Positions 24,302 through 37,773 of a stretch of 64,000 bases of DNA are shown one piece after another. The notes under the pieces are model-generated. The model made no database searches. It saw only the letters and a program-made list of their open reading frames with translations, and had not been told where the DNA came from. This DNA is from Octopus sinensis (Eukaryota), in the NCBI RefSeq assembly GCF_006345805.1, contig NC_043001.1:20832001-20896000 (forward strand). Direction: 5' to 3'. A program made the translations under genes and the position numbers. Numbering within the stretch: position 1 is the stretch's first letter; every line of letters begins with the position of its first letter.

Positions 24302-24384
24302 GTTGGCAACTAAGTTCCTGCAGTTTTTTAAAATTTTAATTTTAAAAAAAAATATGCATATATATATATATATATATACACATA

Positions 24385-25035
24385 TATATGTGCTCCTGGG
24401 AACTGCTATGTGTTGATGATCTTGCCCTCATTGCAGATTCCATATCAAAGCTAGATGAGAAATTCCAGGTGAGGAAGCAAAATCTGGAATCTAGAAGCCT
24501 TAAGTTTAATTTAAAAAGAACTAAGGTCCTAGTAAGCAAGGAAACTGACAGGACTTACCACCCACCTCCTATCATGTAGGTTACCCTGCTCAGTTTGTAA
24601 GCAGAAACACCATACGGAGTACCCAGTGTAAGGTATGAACACGCAAAGGTGCAGTGGATTAATAAGAAGGTTATCAGAGAAGATAGTCTCTGTATGTGGA
24701 AGATGCACAGGATCCTTAAAAACTTTAGAGATTTGGGAAATTGATTCTCTCAAATGCCCTGATAGCTCGTTAAAGGTAGTAGATAATATCTGCCAGCTAG
24801 GGGACCAAAGTGGTAGTGGGAGAAGATGCACAGAGAGTGTGATAACTAGAATAAGAAGAGGATGGAGGAAATTCAGAGAGATGCTACCTCTGTCGGCCAT
24901 GAAAGGTTTCTCTCTCTGAGTGAAAGGAACATTGTATACAGACAGCAATTCCTCATGTGGGCTCTGAATGCAGAGGACATGTGAAGGAAGGTTAGAAAGG
25001 AATTAGGCTAGCATACTCTGCCGGATTTGTAATGT
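24385..25035 (+). mobile_element. Degenerate RTE-type LINE fragment with Cys-rich insert
   Basis: WELLCVDDLALIA (decayed YADD)...LKFNLKRTKVLV; PCSVCK...QCK...RCSG...VCGRC; RIRRGWRKFREMLP. Confidence 0.7.
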
Positions 25036-25041
25036 AAGTGT

Positions 25042-25190
25042 TTATTATTTACATTATTTACATTCGATGGATATTTGTCTTCATCTTGTTTGTTGGTAAC
25101 ACAACGTTTCGGCTTCATCTGTGTCTTGGGGAAATTTCGAACCTGGGTTTTCATTCCTAAGGTATTTTTTTATGTTGTTGTTGTTGTTGT
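25042..25190 (-). mobile_element. 3' part of the hammerhead-bearing SINE family (helix II deleted)
   Basis: Aligns with 56182-56340 and 56900-57058. Confidence 0.8.
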
Positions 25191-25759
25191 TGTAGATCAG
25201 ACTGGTGCCTGGTGCAGCCTCCTGGCTTCCCAGACCCTGGTCGAGCTGTCCAACCCATGCTAGCATGGAAAACGGACGTTAAACGATGATGATGATGATG
25301 ATGATGATCTGATCCAACAACATTTCATATAGATTTCAAATTTACTTATGTAAACATCTTTTCTTTGTCATCCATTGTAATGACAACATTTATTTGTTAA
25401 CATCATCATCATCATCATCATCATTATCATCATAAAATAAATATTTTTGCATAAAAAAACCTCAGCAGAATTTGTTTTCTCATACACACACACACAGCAA
25501 CATCTTATCACTACATATTAATTCCAATGATGCAAGGTAACTGTACTTTCAATGTTTATCATATTGATACAAACATCAACTACAACATAATTCCTTTCAA
25601 TCAGCTCATCAATGTTAATAATGTCCACAGTTCTCAGAGCAGTTTCTTGTACAAAAGGGTCAACCATTTTCTTCTATACAGAAAACGATTTCAAAATAAA
25701 CCTTCAGTTCCAAAGAAAAACATTCCTCCAGCTGCATTTCATTCCAGAGTATAGTTTAG

Positions 25760-26203
25760 CATTACCAGTGGCACTTAAAAGGCACCATTTGAGCGTGATC
25801 GTTACCAGCTTCACCTTACTGGCACTTGTGCCCGTGCTAGTAGGGTACCAAGAGCACCATCCGAGTGTGATCATTGCCAGAGCAGCCAACTGGCTTCCGT
25901 GCCAGTGACACGTAAAAGGTCACCATTCGAACGTGATCGTTACCAATGTCACCTTATTGGCACCTGTGCTGGTGGCATGTGTAAAAAGATTCGAGCGAGG
26001 TTGTTGCCAGTACTGCCTGACTAGTCCCCGTGCCAGTGGCACATAAAAAGCACCCACTACACTCTCGGAGTGGTTGGCGTTAGGAAGGGCATCCAGCTGT
26101 AGAAACTCTGCCAAATCAAGACGGGAGTCTGGTGCAGCCATCTGGTTCGCCAGCCCTCAGTCAAAATCGTCCAACCCATGCTAGCATAGAAAGCGGACAT
26201 TAA

Positions 26204-26240
<37 letters not shown>
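25760..26240 (+). mobile_element. Family D copy with about five modules
   Basis: Repeated GTGGCAC.TAAAA.GCACC modules, the core and a (GAT)n tail. Confidence 0.8.
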
Positions 26241-26241
<1 letters not shown>

Positions 26242-27192
26242 ACATAATTGAACTTTTATTTTATTATTCTGTTCTCTGATGACTTCAGTAAATTCACTTT
26301 CTGAATCATAAGCTTAAATGTCACCCATTTTCATTCAGTCTTAGTTTCATTTTCTTGCTAATCTTCATGATGAGAAATTATAGTGAAGCTTCTTGAAAGC
26401 TATTTCTCTATAGCACACCCATTTAAAAATTCTTTCTGCAGGAAATTCCGTTACTATGACGCTCTGAGATTACCTTTCTATTTCCTGTTCACATTTCATC
26501 CAGTTGAAAGCCTGTGAGGAGGAGCTCTATATGGTTACTCGATCTACTAAAAGCAGTGGCCAAATGTCACCCAAATCACACTATGCTGGCTTCGAAAAAG
26601 AAAAGACATTGGATTATGTAATCCTAGATATGTTGAGGCCTGAAAAAAACAAAGAAAAGGAAAAAGATGAGATGTATGGTCATGTCTGAAATATCTTTGA
26701 TTATAAGTCAGGTTGGTCAGGCCTAATCCACAAGGAAACAACAGCAAAAGTAATTAATTACATTCTGTTTATATGATCCTGTTTTGATTTTTACTATGAA
26801 GATTATTTGTTTACCAGGCCATATCATATTTCCTGTTGGCAGGTTTTTATTGAAGTAGGACATCTTAACAGGAAATCAGAGAGACAAAGGTTAAAGAAAG
26901 TTAATACTAACTATCCTTAATTCATAGCTTTGTTAGATTTGCTAAACATGTTTAAGTTCCAAGTCATAAAATTTTAAAATGAATGATAGTTAGGGAAAAG
27001 GTTGTTACAGATACAGGGAAACACTTTTGTGAGTTCTGTTTGTATTGGCAATAGTCAATATCTTTTAAGGAAAAGCAGAAGAGATAGAGAAATTCTAAAA
27101 CATACAGGGTTAATAGGTTGTGAATTACTGATATATTCTGTGATTGCGGAAGAGTGTTAGCGAAACAAAATAACTTGGTAATACATTAATCA

Positions 27193-27450
27193 GTGGAGGT
27201 GCGTGGCTTAGTGGTTAGGGCGTCAGCATCATGATCGTGAGATTGTGGTTTCGATTCCTGGACTGGGCAACACGTTGTGTTCTTGAGCAAAACACTTCAT
27301 TTCACGTTGCTCCAGTCCACTCAGCTGGCAAAAATAAGTAACGCTGTGATGGACTGGCGTCCTGTCCAGCTGGGGAACACATGCACCATTGAAACCGGGA
27401 AACAGGGCCCATGAGTCTGGCTAGGCTTTAAAAGGGCGCATTTATTTTAT
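27193..27450 (+). mobile_element. tRNA-headed SINE family A copy with TSD
   Basis: GTGGAGGTGCGTGGCTTAGTGGTTAGGG...GGTTTCGATTCC; flanked by TAATACA(T/C)TAATC. Confidence 0.85.
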
Positions 27451-28355
27451 ATTTTTAATACACTAATCTACTGTAGTGTCTCAGAGGACAGTGGAGTGAG
27501 AACCTGGCTGAGATTCAAACCATAGTTCTCAGATTTTCTCAGTCTAGAATCACAACTTAATATATTACCATAAAAGGAAAAGGTTACCAAAAAAGGTATC
27601 ATCATCATCATCATCATTATTACCACCATCATCATCAACATCATTTAACATCTGCCTTCCATGCTGGCAAGGGTTAGATTTTCAGACAGGAGCTGGCAAG
27701 CTGGAGAGCTGCACCAGGCTCCAATTGTCTCTTTTGACATGGTTTCTTCAGTTGGATGCCCTTCCTAATGCCAACCACTTCATAGAGTATACTGGGTACT
27801 TTTTACGTGGAAGCAGTACCAAGAACTTTCCACATGGCACCAGCATGGGTGCTTTTTTTATGTGGCACCAGCATCTACCGATCAAATATGGTTTAACCAA
27901 TCAGCACTGACAGATTTATGGTCAGGGCAGCATCTTCGTAGGAAGTGTGCAAGCTTTCTTGCAAAATGGACTCTAGAATTTTCATGGTTGATAGCTATTC
28001 AAATGTGAAGAAATTCAACTTAGAGGAGACCTATTTTAAGATTTGCATAGGTAGTTCATTTTTCCCTCATCTGATAGTCATTCATCTCTTTCATCTCTCT
28101 TTCCCATTCATAGGCTTAACAATAACTATGAATGACAATGATAACAATGACGATAATGATGGTAGTGGCGGCAGCGGCAGCGGCGGTGACCGTGACAGTG
28201 GTGGTGGTGATGAATTCAAACTGGGAGTAAACATTCAATATAGATGTGATGGCAGATCCTAACATTTGAACTGAGAATCCATACATCAACAACCATGATC
28301 TGTGAGCTGGGATGTGAACAACAAGACTGTTCCATCATTAACTAAATTCAATCTA

Positions 28356-28921
28356 TTGGGTTGTCCGGAAAGTTTGTGGTGATTTTTAAAGGAAAGAAAA
28401 CGGTCAATAAATACTTGCCATTATATTTTTAATCAACTAAATATGAACCATTTTGTTGCACAATGCGTCTCCATCATTCCTTTAACTTGAAAATACCCTC
28501 TTCCCAGAATTGAGGTATTTTCAAGGCAAAGAATTCACCAAGGTATCTTTTTCCGTCATCCAAGGAATTGAAGTTTTTAGCATTAAGACTATTCTGCAGA
28601 GACCTGAATGATTGGAAATCCGAAGGAGCAATATCTGGTGAATATAGAGGGTGGGGTAACACATCCCAGCCGAGCTGCAGCAATTTTTGTCTGATTCCCA
28701 AAGCATCAAGTGCCGAAAATGAACTTTCTTATCTTCCATTTTGAAGGGTTACAGAATTAACACAGGTTATAGGAACATAAATCTTCTTCCAAGAAAAGAT
28801 AGCTTAAACTGTGCTCTAAATGGAGGTGTAGTCAAATCCTATTTTATGGACTCAACCATGTTCTAAAATAAGTCGAAAGGTAAGCTACTATAAATCGGCA
28901 CAAACTTTCCGGACAACCCAA
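28356..28921 (-). mobile_element. Internally deleted mariner (mellifera-like), 566 bp
   Basis: 30-bp TIRs TTGGGTTGTCCGGAAAGTTTGTG(GT/CC)GATTT, TA TSDs. N-terminus MEDKKVHFRHLMLWE is joined to C-terminal IRQKLLQLGWDVLPHPLYSPDIAPSDFQSFRSLQN. Confidence 0.9.
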
Positions 28922-29609
28922 TACAAACCACCTCCAATGTATTTGTTCACACTTATGAGACATTTGGCCTCACTGCCAGCAGACTAAAGGCAAATATTCT
29001 TGAACAATATCCACTTGGAACTATCAGAAGACTTCTTCAAATTACTGTCGATGGTGATCTAGTTGAAGAAGTTTCATTCTTCACCTATTTTGGTTCTGTG
29101 TTGTCTAACACCTGCTCTCTCAAAGATGGTGTATCACCAATTGATTGCAAATAGCCCATAAAGTCTTTGGACACCTCTAACAAATGTAACCTTAGGTTCA
29201 AAGCAAAGGTTCTGGTATCTCCAGCTGCTGTATTCTTTGAGATGAGGACAGCATACCATCAACAACAAAGGCATCGAATCAAGGTATTTTATCAAGCTCA
29301 GCTGCAATCAAACTTGAATTTTAAATGAGATGACTGTGTCACAAACAACAATGTACTAACAATGATAAAATGTGTGCAGGTTTTGAACAGGGGTTTGTGT
29401 TGGGGAAGGCATCCAGCTGTAGAAACTTGGCCAAAACTGAGACAGCACTAACATCATAAATGAACCATTCAACCCCATGGGAAATGGATGTAAAATGATG
29501 ATGATGATGATGATGCTGACGATGGCAGCAATGATAGTAATGGAGATGCTGCTGGGAGTGGATGATGATACACACACACACACGCACACACACACGTGTA
29601 TATTATGTA

Positions 29610-29639
<30 letters not shown>

Positions 29640-29704
<65 letters not shown>

Positions 29705-29912
29705 GATAAAGAACCCCCCTTCGGTCATGAATGATCATGGGATCCACCTAGAAAGTCCACACACACATGTGCACGCACACACACACATGTGCACGCACAC
29801 GCACACGTGCACACACATGTATATTATGTATGTATATGAATATATATATAGAGAGAGACAGACAGACAGACAGGCATACAGAGAGAAAGATAGAGAGAGA
29901 GAAAAAGAAAGA

Positions 29913-29953
<41 letters not shown>

Positions 29954-30270
29954 GATAAAGACCCCCTTTGATCATGAATGATCAGGGGATGCACCTAGAA
30001 AGTCCCCCCACCACACACACACAAGGCACAAGTCAGGGCAAGGTTGTTTGTGGAAGACCAGCAGTCGCCCATGCATACCAGTCTCTCCTCTGCACAGCAC
30101 CAATGTTGTTCAAAGGAAGGGCAAAGACTGATACAGCTTGGCACCAGTGAACTGAGGGAACTGGAGCAATGTAAAGTAAAGTGACTTGCTCAAGAACACA
30201 GCCCGGTCTGGGATTCAAACTCAAAATCTCATATTGTAAGCCTGACACTCTAACCACTGAGCCATGTATC
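29640..30270 (-). mobile_element. SINE A copy with tandemly duplicated tail and microsatellite
   Basis: GAGGATAAAGA.CCCC...ACCTAGAAAGTCC occurs at 29701-29757 and 29951-30005. Confidence 0.7.
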
Positions 30271-30997
30271 TTCACACACACACACACACGTACGCACGCA
30301 CACACACACACACATGCAAGCATGCATGCACATACACACACGCACACACACACACACATTCCCCCTATCACCATTTGTTTACTAATCCTTTTGTATGACA
30401 TGTTTTTATTCTAAGCTTGTGTCTATTAAAACATAATAATAATAATTATTATTATTATTATTATTACTATTGCTACTATTATTGTTATTATTATTATTAT
30501 TATTAATATTAATATTATTATTATTACTGGAGCGTAAAATTTGTCTTCATTGATTTTAATTTGTATGTTATTCTTAATAACTCAACCATGAATTAGGATT
30601 TGGTACCTAATTATTTTTTATACTGAAGTAAATTCATACATCAATAATATCACGCTGACAAGAGTGCCTCTACATGCTCACTTGATCTACTAGAAATAAC
30701 AGCTAATACCACCTTTAAAAAAAGTAACAGAAAGGCATAATAGTCAAAATAGCATAAAAATAGTTGTTTGAATACCTTTGACCTTAATCATACTCAATTG
30801 GGTTTTATTAGAAGCTGAACAACAATAAAAATAATAACTTCTATAATACTGATTTCTTTGGGGGTTTTTTCCCCCACAAGCAAAACATTAAAATACTTTA
30901 CAAACACAAAAGCATTGAAAAACAAATAATAAAAACTGCAGAACAGCTCTGAATACATGCAGATATTCATGAGTATAAACATTACAATATGTATATA

Positions 30998-31380
30998 TCA
31001 TCATCATCATCATCATCATCATCGTTTAACGTCCATTTTCCATGCTAGCATGGGTTGACAGTTTGACTGGGGTCTGGGAAGCCAGAAGGCTGCACCAGGC
31101 TCCAGTCTGATCTGGCAGTGTTTCTACAGCTGGATGCCCTTCCTTATGCCAACCACTCCGTGAGTGTAGTGGGTGCTTTTTACCTCCCACCGGCACAGGT
31201 GCCAGGGGAGGTTGGCAGCGGCCACGATCAGTTGTTGCTTTTTACGTGCCACTGGCACAGAAGCCAGTCAAGGCAGCGCTGGCATCGGCCACATTCGGAT
31301 GGTGCTTTTTACATGCCACCGGCACAGGTATCTACAGGTAACTACAATTTCCATTTGATTTTTATTTTGATGTTGATGGA
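30998..31380 (-). mobile_element. Family D copy
   Basis: Matches the family D consensus. Confidence 0.8.
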
Positions 31381-31384
31381 ATTG

Positions 31385-32830
31385 ATGATAGGAAATATCC
31401 AGAAGATCTGAGAAAATCCATTTTCATTGCTTTCCCCAAAAAAATCAGGAGCTGTGGACTATAAATAATATTGCACAATTAGTCTGATAAGTCATGTTAC
31501 AAAGATCATTTGGAGAATTTTACTTCTGTGAGCAAGACACAGAATGACTTCTGAGATTGGAATTGAACAGTTTGGCTTTGCAAAGGGTGCTGGTACTAGG
31601 AATGCTGTTTTTGCATTGGGAACGGCCACGAACGGTTGGTGCTTTTTACGGTGGCACGTAAAAAGCACCAACCATTCGTGGCTGTTGCCAGCCTAACCTG
31701 GCACCTAAAAAGTACCATCCGTACGTGGCCAATGCCAGCGCCACCTTGACTGGCTTCCGTGCCGGTGGCATGTAAAAAAAAGCACCAACCGATCGTGGCC
31801 GTTGCCAGCCTCTCCTGGCACCTGTGCTGGTGGCATGTAAAAAGCACCCACTACACTCACGGTGTGGTTGGTGTTAGAAAGGGTATCCAGCTGTAGAAAC
31901 ACTGTCAGATCAGACTGGAGCATGGTGCAGCCTCCTAGCTTCCCAGACCCCAGTCAAACCGTCCAACCCATGCTAGCATGGAAAACGGACATTAAACGAT
32001 GATGATGATGAATGATAACAGAGCAAGCAGTGGAGAGGAAAAAGACATCTCCATATGTTTCATAGATTACTCAAAGGCTTGAAGAAAGCAAGACATGTTA
32101 TTTGAAGAACTTGGTAACATTGTCCTGCAAGGGAAAGACTTCTGAATCTTGCAGGGCCCATATTGGAACCAATCAGCATGCATAAAGATAGATGCAGTGT
32201 ATACACCAGTATCCAAAAAGGGATCAGACAAGAATGTGTTATATTACCAGATCTCTTCAATTACTATAGGAAGTTGATCATAAAAGGACTGGAGAAGGAA
32301 AAAGGTCTTAGGGTCGGAGGCAGAAACATCACAAACATAAGATATGCAGATGACACAGACTTACTTGCAGAATTGGAAAAGGAACTTCAGAGACCTCTGG
32401 ATGTACTGGTCAGAGAAGATGAGAAGAAGGGTTTGTTCATAAATTGCAAGAAGACGGAACATATGATGGAGACAAAGAAGGGAACCCCAAAGGGCAGGCT
32501 GAAAGGAACAATCAAATCATTAAGCAGGTATTGTCCTTCAACTACCTTGGAAGTTTGATCCCTGAAGACACAAGGTGCGTAAAGGAGATCAAAAGACAAA
32601 TGATATTGGTAAAATATGCATTCTCAAAATTGTATAACATCTTAAATAGCCACACTCTGAGCATCAAGACCAAAATCCATTTATGAACTGTCGAGTCAAC
32701 CCTGTGTTAATATATGGAACATCAGAAATGAGAAGACGCTTGGAGAGCTGTGAAATGTGGTTCTTAAGGATAATATTAAGGATAGCATGGATGGACAAAG
32801 TGTCTAACAAAGAAATGATGATCCTGGCAG
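31385..32830 (+). mobile_element. RTE/BovB-like LINE RT pseudogene, split by a family D copy (31620-32010)
   Basis: PEDLRKSIFIAFPKK...TISLISHVTKI...EQFGFAKGAGTRNAVFAL, then the insertion, then ICFIDYSKA...KGIRQECVILPDLFN...NITNIRYADDT...FNYLGS...CEMWFLR. Confidence 0.88.
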
Positions 32831-33064
32831 AGGTTCCCCAATGTGGATGATGTTGAAAATGAGTGCCGGGATTGTTTTGCCTATAAACCAGCCAAGTGGT
32901 ATAAGCATGGAATTGAGCATTTTTCACAATGATGACAACAGACAATAGAATATGATGTGATATATTTTGATGAATAAACGCTTTTGTTTTGAACTGTCAA
33001 TTAAAGCTTGAAATACAAAAAAAACATTTGACTCAAACTGGTATTCTTTTGTTCTTATATTTTT

Positions 33065-33621
33065 TTACTTATTTCAGTCTTTAGTTGAACAAATTGACCC
33101 ATTGTAAGCCTAATACATATTCTATCGGTTTCTTTTGCCAACTACTAAGTCACGAGGATGTAAATATACCAACATCAGTTGTCAAGCAATGATGGGGGTC
33201 AAACACAGACACAAATAACAAATACATACATACATATATTTACATATGTATATATATGACAGGGTTCTTTCAGTTTCCGTCTACCAAATCCACTCACAAG
33301 GCTTTGGTTGGCCCGAGGCTATAGTAGAAGACACTTGCCCAAGGTGCCATGCAGTGGGACTGAACCCGGAACCATGTGGTCGGTAAGCAAGCTACTTACC
33401 ACACAGCCACTCCTGCACCTATATATACGTATATATATATATACACATATTTATATATATATATATACAATGGGCTTCCTTCGATTTCCATCTACCAAAT
33501 CCATTCACAAGGCTTTGGTCAGCCCAAGGAACTTACCCGAGGTGCTATGCAGTGGGACTGAACCCGGAATGATGTGGTTGGGAAGCAAGCTTCTTACCAC
33601 ACAGCCACATCTGTGCCTCTC

Positions 33622-33657
<36 letters not shown>

Positions 33658-34170
33658 TGTGTGTGTGAGAGAGAGAGAGAGAGTGTGTGTGTGTGAGAGA
33701 GTGTGTGTGTACATACAGGTGCAGGAGTAGCTGAGGTGAAAAGTTTGCTTCCCAAGCACTTGGTTCCAGGTTCAGTGCCACAGTGTCTTCTGTTACAGCC
33801 TCAGGCCAACCAAACCCATCTGAAGGGATTTAGCACATGGAAACTGAAAGAAGTTCATCGAGTGTGTGCCTCTGTGTGTGTGTGTATTTTCACTGGGGTG
33901 AGTGAGAAAGTGGAAAACAATGTTCATAGTATATATCTATTTCTTTACTACCCACAAGGAGCTAAACACAGAGAGGACAAACAAGGACAGACAAACGGAT
34001 TAAGTCGATTATATCGACCCCAGTGCGTAACTGGTACTTATTTAATCGACCCCGAAAGGATGAAAGGCAAAGTAGACCTCGGCGGAATTTGAACTCAGAA
34101 CGTAGCGGCAGACGAAATACGGCTACGCATTTCGCCCGGCGTGCTAACGTTTCTGCCACCTCGCCGCCTT
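33065..34170. mobile_element. Cluster of SINE B copies and one SINE C (33937-34170, minus)
   Basis: Consensus matches; the SINE C is flanked by TTCATAGT(A/G)TATATCT. Confidence 0.8.
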
Positions 34171-34738
34171 TTTCATAGTGTATATCTCTTTTATGAATTA
34201 TTCATGTAAACATGTGTGTATGAATGCATATATGCATGTATGTGTGTGTGTCATTTTGAAACAATGCCTTTGCCTTAACTTATCTGCATACTTATGAAGA
34301 ATTGACATGAAATGTTTTTGTTTGCTTTTTTACGTTTTATTCTATTTATTTATTTTTTTTTTTGCCTAAACACGCATTGTAACTTGGCACCGCAATCTGT
34401 TTTCCTGTGTTGTTTTGTGAGATTTGAGTAAATAGGTTAGAGAACAATTTTTTCTTACATGTCCTATCCTTCACCTAGAAAAAAGGCAAAGAAAACATTC
34501 TCGTAACCTCCTCTTGAGAAGAAGAAGAAAAATAAAAGATTTAAAATTTAAAAAAGAAACACTGAATGATTTCAAAATACATAATCATATAAAAAAAATT
34601 ATATTGGTGCAAAAGATACACAAAATTTTCAAAAAAGGTGAAAAAGAAACTAAAAATATTTTCATGGCTTAAATTAAGCAGAAAGCAAGATCTATTAAGA
34701 ACAGCATTGCCAGCAGTCGCAGCAATGACTACAACCAG

Positions 34739-34791
34739 TATTATTATTATTATTTATTATTATTATTATATTATTATTATTATTATTATTA

Positions 34792-34826
<35 letters not shown>

Positions 34827-34867
34827 TATTATTATTATTATTATAATAATAATAATAATAATAATAA

Positions 34868-34898
<31 letters not shown>

Positions 34899-34913
34899 AA
34901 GAAGAGAAGAAGA

Positions 34914-34980
<67 letters not shown>

Positions 34981-35003
34981 GTAATAATAATAATAATGAC
35001 AAC
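34739..35003. repeat. Compound trinucleotide microsatellite (ATT)n(AAT)n(AAG)n(AGT)n(AAT)n
   Basis: Seen directly. Confidence 0.95.
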
Positions 35004-35743
35004 AATATATCGTAAACAACACAAGACCATTACATAATTGTAATGTATTTTGGAGGGAAAACATTTCTGCGGAAAAGAATGTACGTGGTGTTATTTCTGC
35101 AATAACTACTTCTATGTGTTCGTTCGACCTGCTAGAAATAACAGCTGAATTCTTTCAAATTACTCCCTATCGACTTTTTTTTCTTTTATACTTGTTTTCA
35201 GTCATTTGACTGCGGTCATGCTGGGGTACCATTTTTTTGTCGAACAATTCGAACTCAAGACTTATTCTTTGTCAGCCTAGTACTTATTCTATCGGACTGT
35301 TTTGCCGAACCGCTACGTTACAGGGACGCAAAACACACCAACATCCGTTGTCAAGTGATGGTGGGGGACAAACACAGATGCACAAACACACACACACACA
35401 CTCACATACACACACACACACACACTCACACACACATACGACAAGCTTCTCTCAGTTTCCATCTACCAAATCCACTCACAAAGCTTTGGTTGGCTGGAGG
35501 CTATAGTAGAAGACACTACTGGAGGAAAGGGCGGGGGTCATTGCCGTTTTTGTAGTTCAGAACCAGGTCAGAACTGACTCAGGCGGACATATTACCAAAG
35601 GCATTTTGGCCATGACTATCCTATCTTTTCGCAACATGCAATGAACTCAAGCCAACATTAGCCGATATGACTTTTTCCAAAACAGCATTGTATAACTTGA
35701 GGAAGATTTAGTTGCTATTTCTAGCAGGTTGGACAAGCACATA

Positions 35744-36253
35744 CGTAAGGGTGCTGAAAAATTCCTGGCTTTAAGAGTATCTTGAAAGGCCTGGTTGGAG
35801 GCCTAAACTTCCAAGTTCTTTTACTGGGCTTAGAAAAACTGAAGAACCACTTCAATAAATGTGTTAATCTAAGAGAAAAATATCTTTATATCTAAAAGTG
35901 AAGTTGTGTCTGTCTCCTACGATTTAGATTCCTAACTACTACCATATTTTGCGGTGCAGTTTAACCAAAACCGGGTATCTTATAGTCGTGATTCATATCG
36001 AGCCCTTCTGGGTATTAGCGCGCGTCTACGATGAGTCAACGATTTAAAAAAAAATTACCATAATTTTTTTCCCATTTTTAATGCATTTTTTTGCTACTTT
36101 TTGGTTATAATTCTCTAAAAATGCTTATATAGTTATTTCCCTTACAAACCCGAGCAACGCCGGGCGATACTGCTAGTGTTAAATAAAATCATAATTAACT
36201 GATCCTCCTGTATTTTCTTTAACCCAAAACCAAGAACTTGTCAGTACCCCCCT
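35744..36253 (+). mobile_element. Mariner-derived MITE interrupted by a Helitron
   Basis: Imperfect TIRs GGGTGCTGAAAAATTCCTGGCTTT / AAAACCAAGAACTTGTCAGTACCC. The C-terminal remnant NKCVNLREKY|VK* is split by the insertion. Confidence 0.6.
35883..36176 (+). mobile_element. Non-autonomous Helitron
   Basis: A|TC start, CTAG|T end, subterminal hairpin CCCGAGCAACGCCGGG, no TSD. Confidence 0.85.
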
Positions 36254-36337
36254 ATAAAGGTGCTTTGTGGTTGACTTGAAACTAGTTGTGATTTTGATCT
36301 AACTTTTTAAAACATATCTTCTAAATTATTGGCTAAT

Positions 36338-36918
36338 ACTCTTTACTCTTTTACTCTATTACTTGTTTCAGTCGTGTGACTGTGGCCATGCTGGAGCACC
36401 GCCTTTAGTCGAACAAATCGACCCCAGGACTTATTCTTTGTAAGGCTAGTACTTACTTTAGCGGTCTCTTTTTTTGCCGAACCGCTAAGTTATGAGAACG
36501 TAAACACACCAGCATCGGTTGTCAAGCGATGTTGGGGGGACAAACACAGACACACAAACACATACATATATATATATATATACCGGAGTAAACACATAAA
36601 TGTGAAACAAGGTGGAAAAAAGAGTACTCAAATACCAGTAGTAGAGTAATATGCTTTATTTAAAGCAGCAGAAAATTCGGCAAAACCTGTTACGTAGAGT
36701 AACAGGTTTTGTTGAATTTTCTGCTGCTTTAAATAAAGTATATATATACATATATGCGACAGCTTCTTTCAGTTTCCGTCTACCAAATCCACTCACAAGG
36801 CTTTGGTCGGCTCGAGGCTATAGTAGAAGACACTTAACCAAGGTGCCACGCAGTGGAACTGAACCCAGAACCATGTGGTTCGTAAGCAAGCTACTTACCA
36901 CACAGCCACTCCTACGCC
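36338..36918 (-). mobile_element. SINE B copy with a hairpin insert (36581-36743) in its (TA)n
   Basis: Family B consensus on both sides; inverted arms 36649-36693 and 36699-36743. Confidence 0.8.
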
Positions 36919-37364
36919 TAATGTGATTTATTGTGCAGTTATGTTTACATCCTGTTTTTTCTTATATCCTGGTTACTTTGAGATTGATTTGAATATAATT
37001 TTATTGTCACCATTGTATGAGTATAGACCAATAGATGTTTTAGAACAAATCTAAAAATACGTCTAAAAATACTTCCTCGTATAAAATTAAGTCATATTCT
37101 CTACACTGTGTAGTATACTGAAACTATATGAGAGTAGCAATAGTAACATTAAGTGCCAAATCTACACCACTAATTGAAATATTCTATATATTGCTTGTGT
37201 GGGAGAGCTTGTATAGTCATTGCAGGAAGAAGTCATTGCAAAAGTGATACAATAATCAGAGTGGGAAGACAGCTTGTCTTCAAGCTAGGAGTTGAAGTGT
37301 ATTGGTGTGTGAATCATCACCAGTAAATAGACAGCCTCCATTTTGATGTGGTGTACAATTTTGA

Positions 37365-37773
37365 TGTGGTAACAGGATGAGAGGTCCCCACACTGGATGG
37401 GTGCAGCTCGTATCCTTTACATTAAGAATATTAATCGAAGGAAAGAGTCAAGACTTTCGATTAACTTCAACAGCATAAATATTTTATTTCTGGATTCGCA
37501 ATATATACATTTCTTCCTCTGGGTGAATCGTCAGCCTAGGAGCTTATCGCAGTAGTCAAGTGGAGTGAGCCAAAACCCGTCCGTTCAAGCATAGCGGAGA
37601 TACGCCACGAGGTAGCAGCTTGAGAGAGCTGATAGAACACAACTGTCCTGTTCAGCTACCGGCGTTCGAGAGAACGATACGAGGGAATTTCACTGCTGCT
37701 AGTTTTCTGTGCATGCGCAAAGAATCTAACTCTGCGCATGCGTGCTAGAGATTTCCAAGATGGCGTCACCACA
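37365..37773 (-). mobile_element. Probable LTR of an LTR retrotransposon (409 bp)
   Basis: TG...CA ends with a 9-bp imperfect inverted repeat (TGTGGTAAC / GTCACCACA); CpG-rich; minus-strand TATA-like tract then AATAAA (37483-37488). No TSD found. Confidence 0.55.

Noticed and set aside
28924-29360. Possible additional RTE-like fragment
   Set aside because: Too degraded to support beyond a weak F.Y.GS-like motif.
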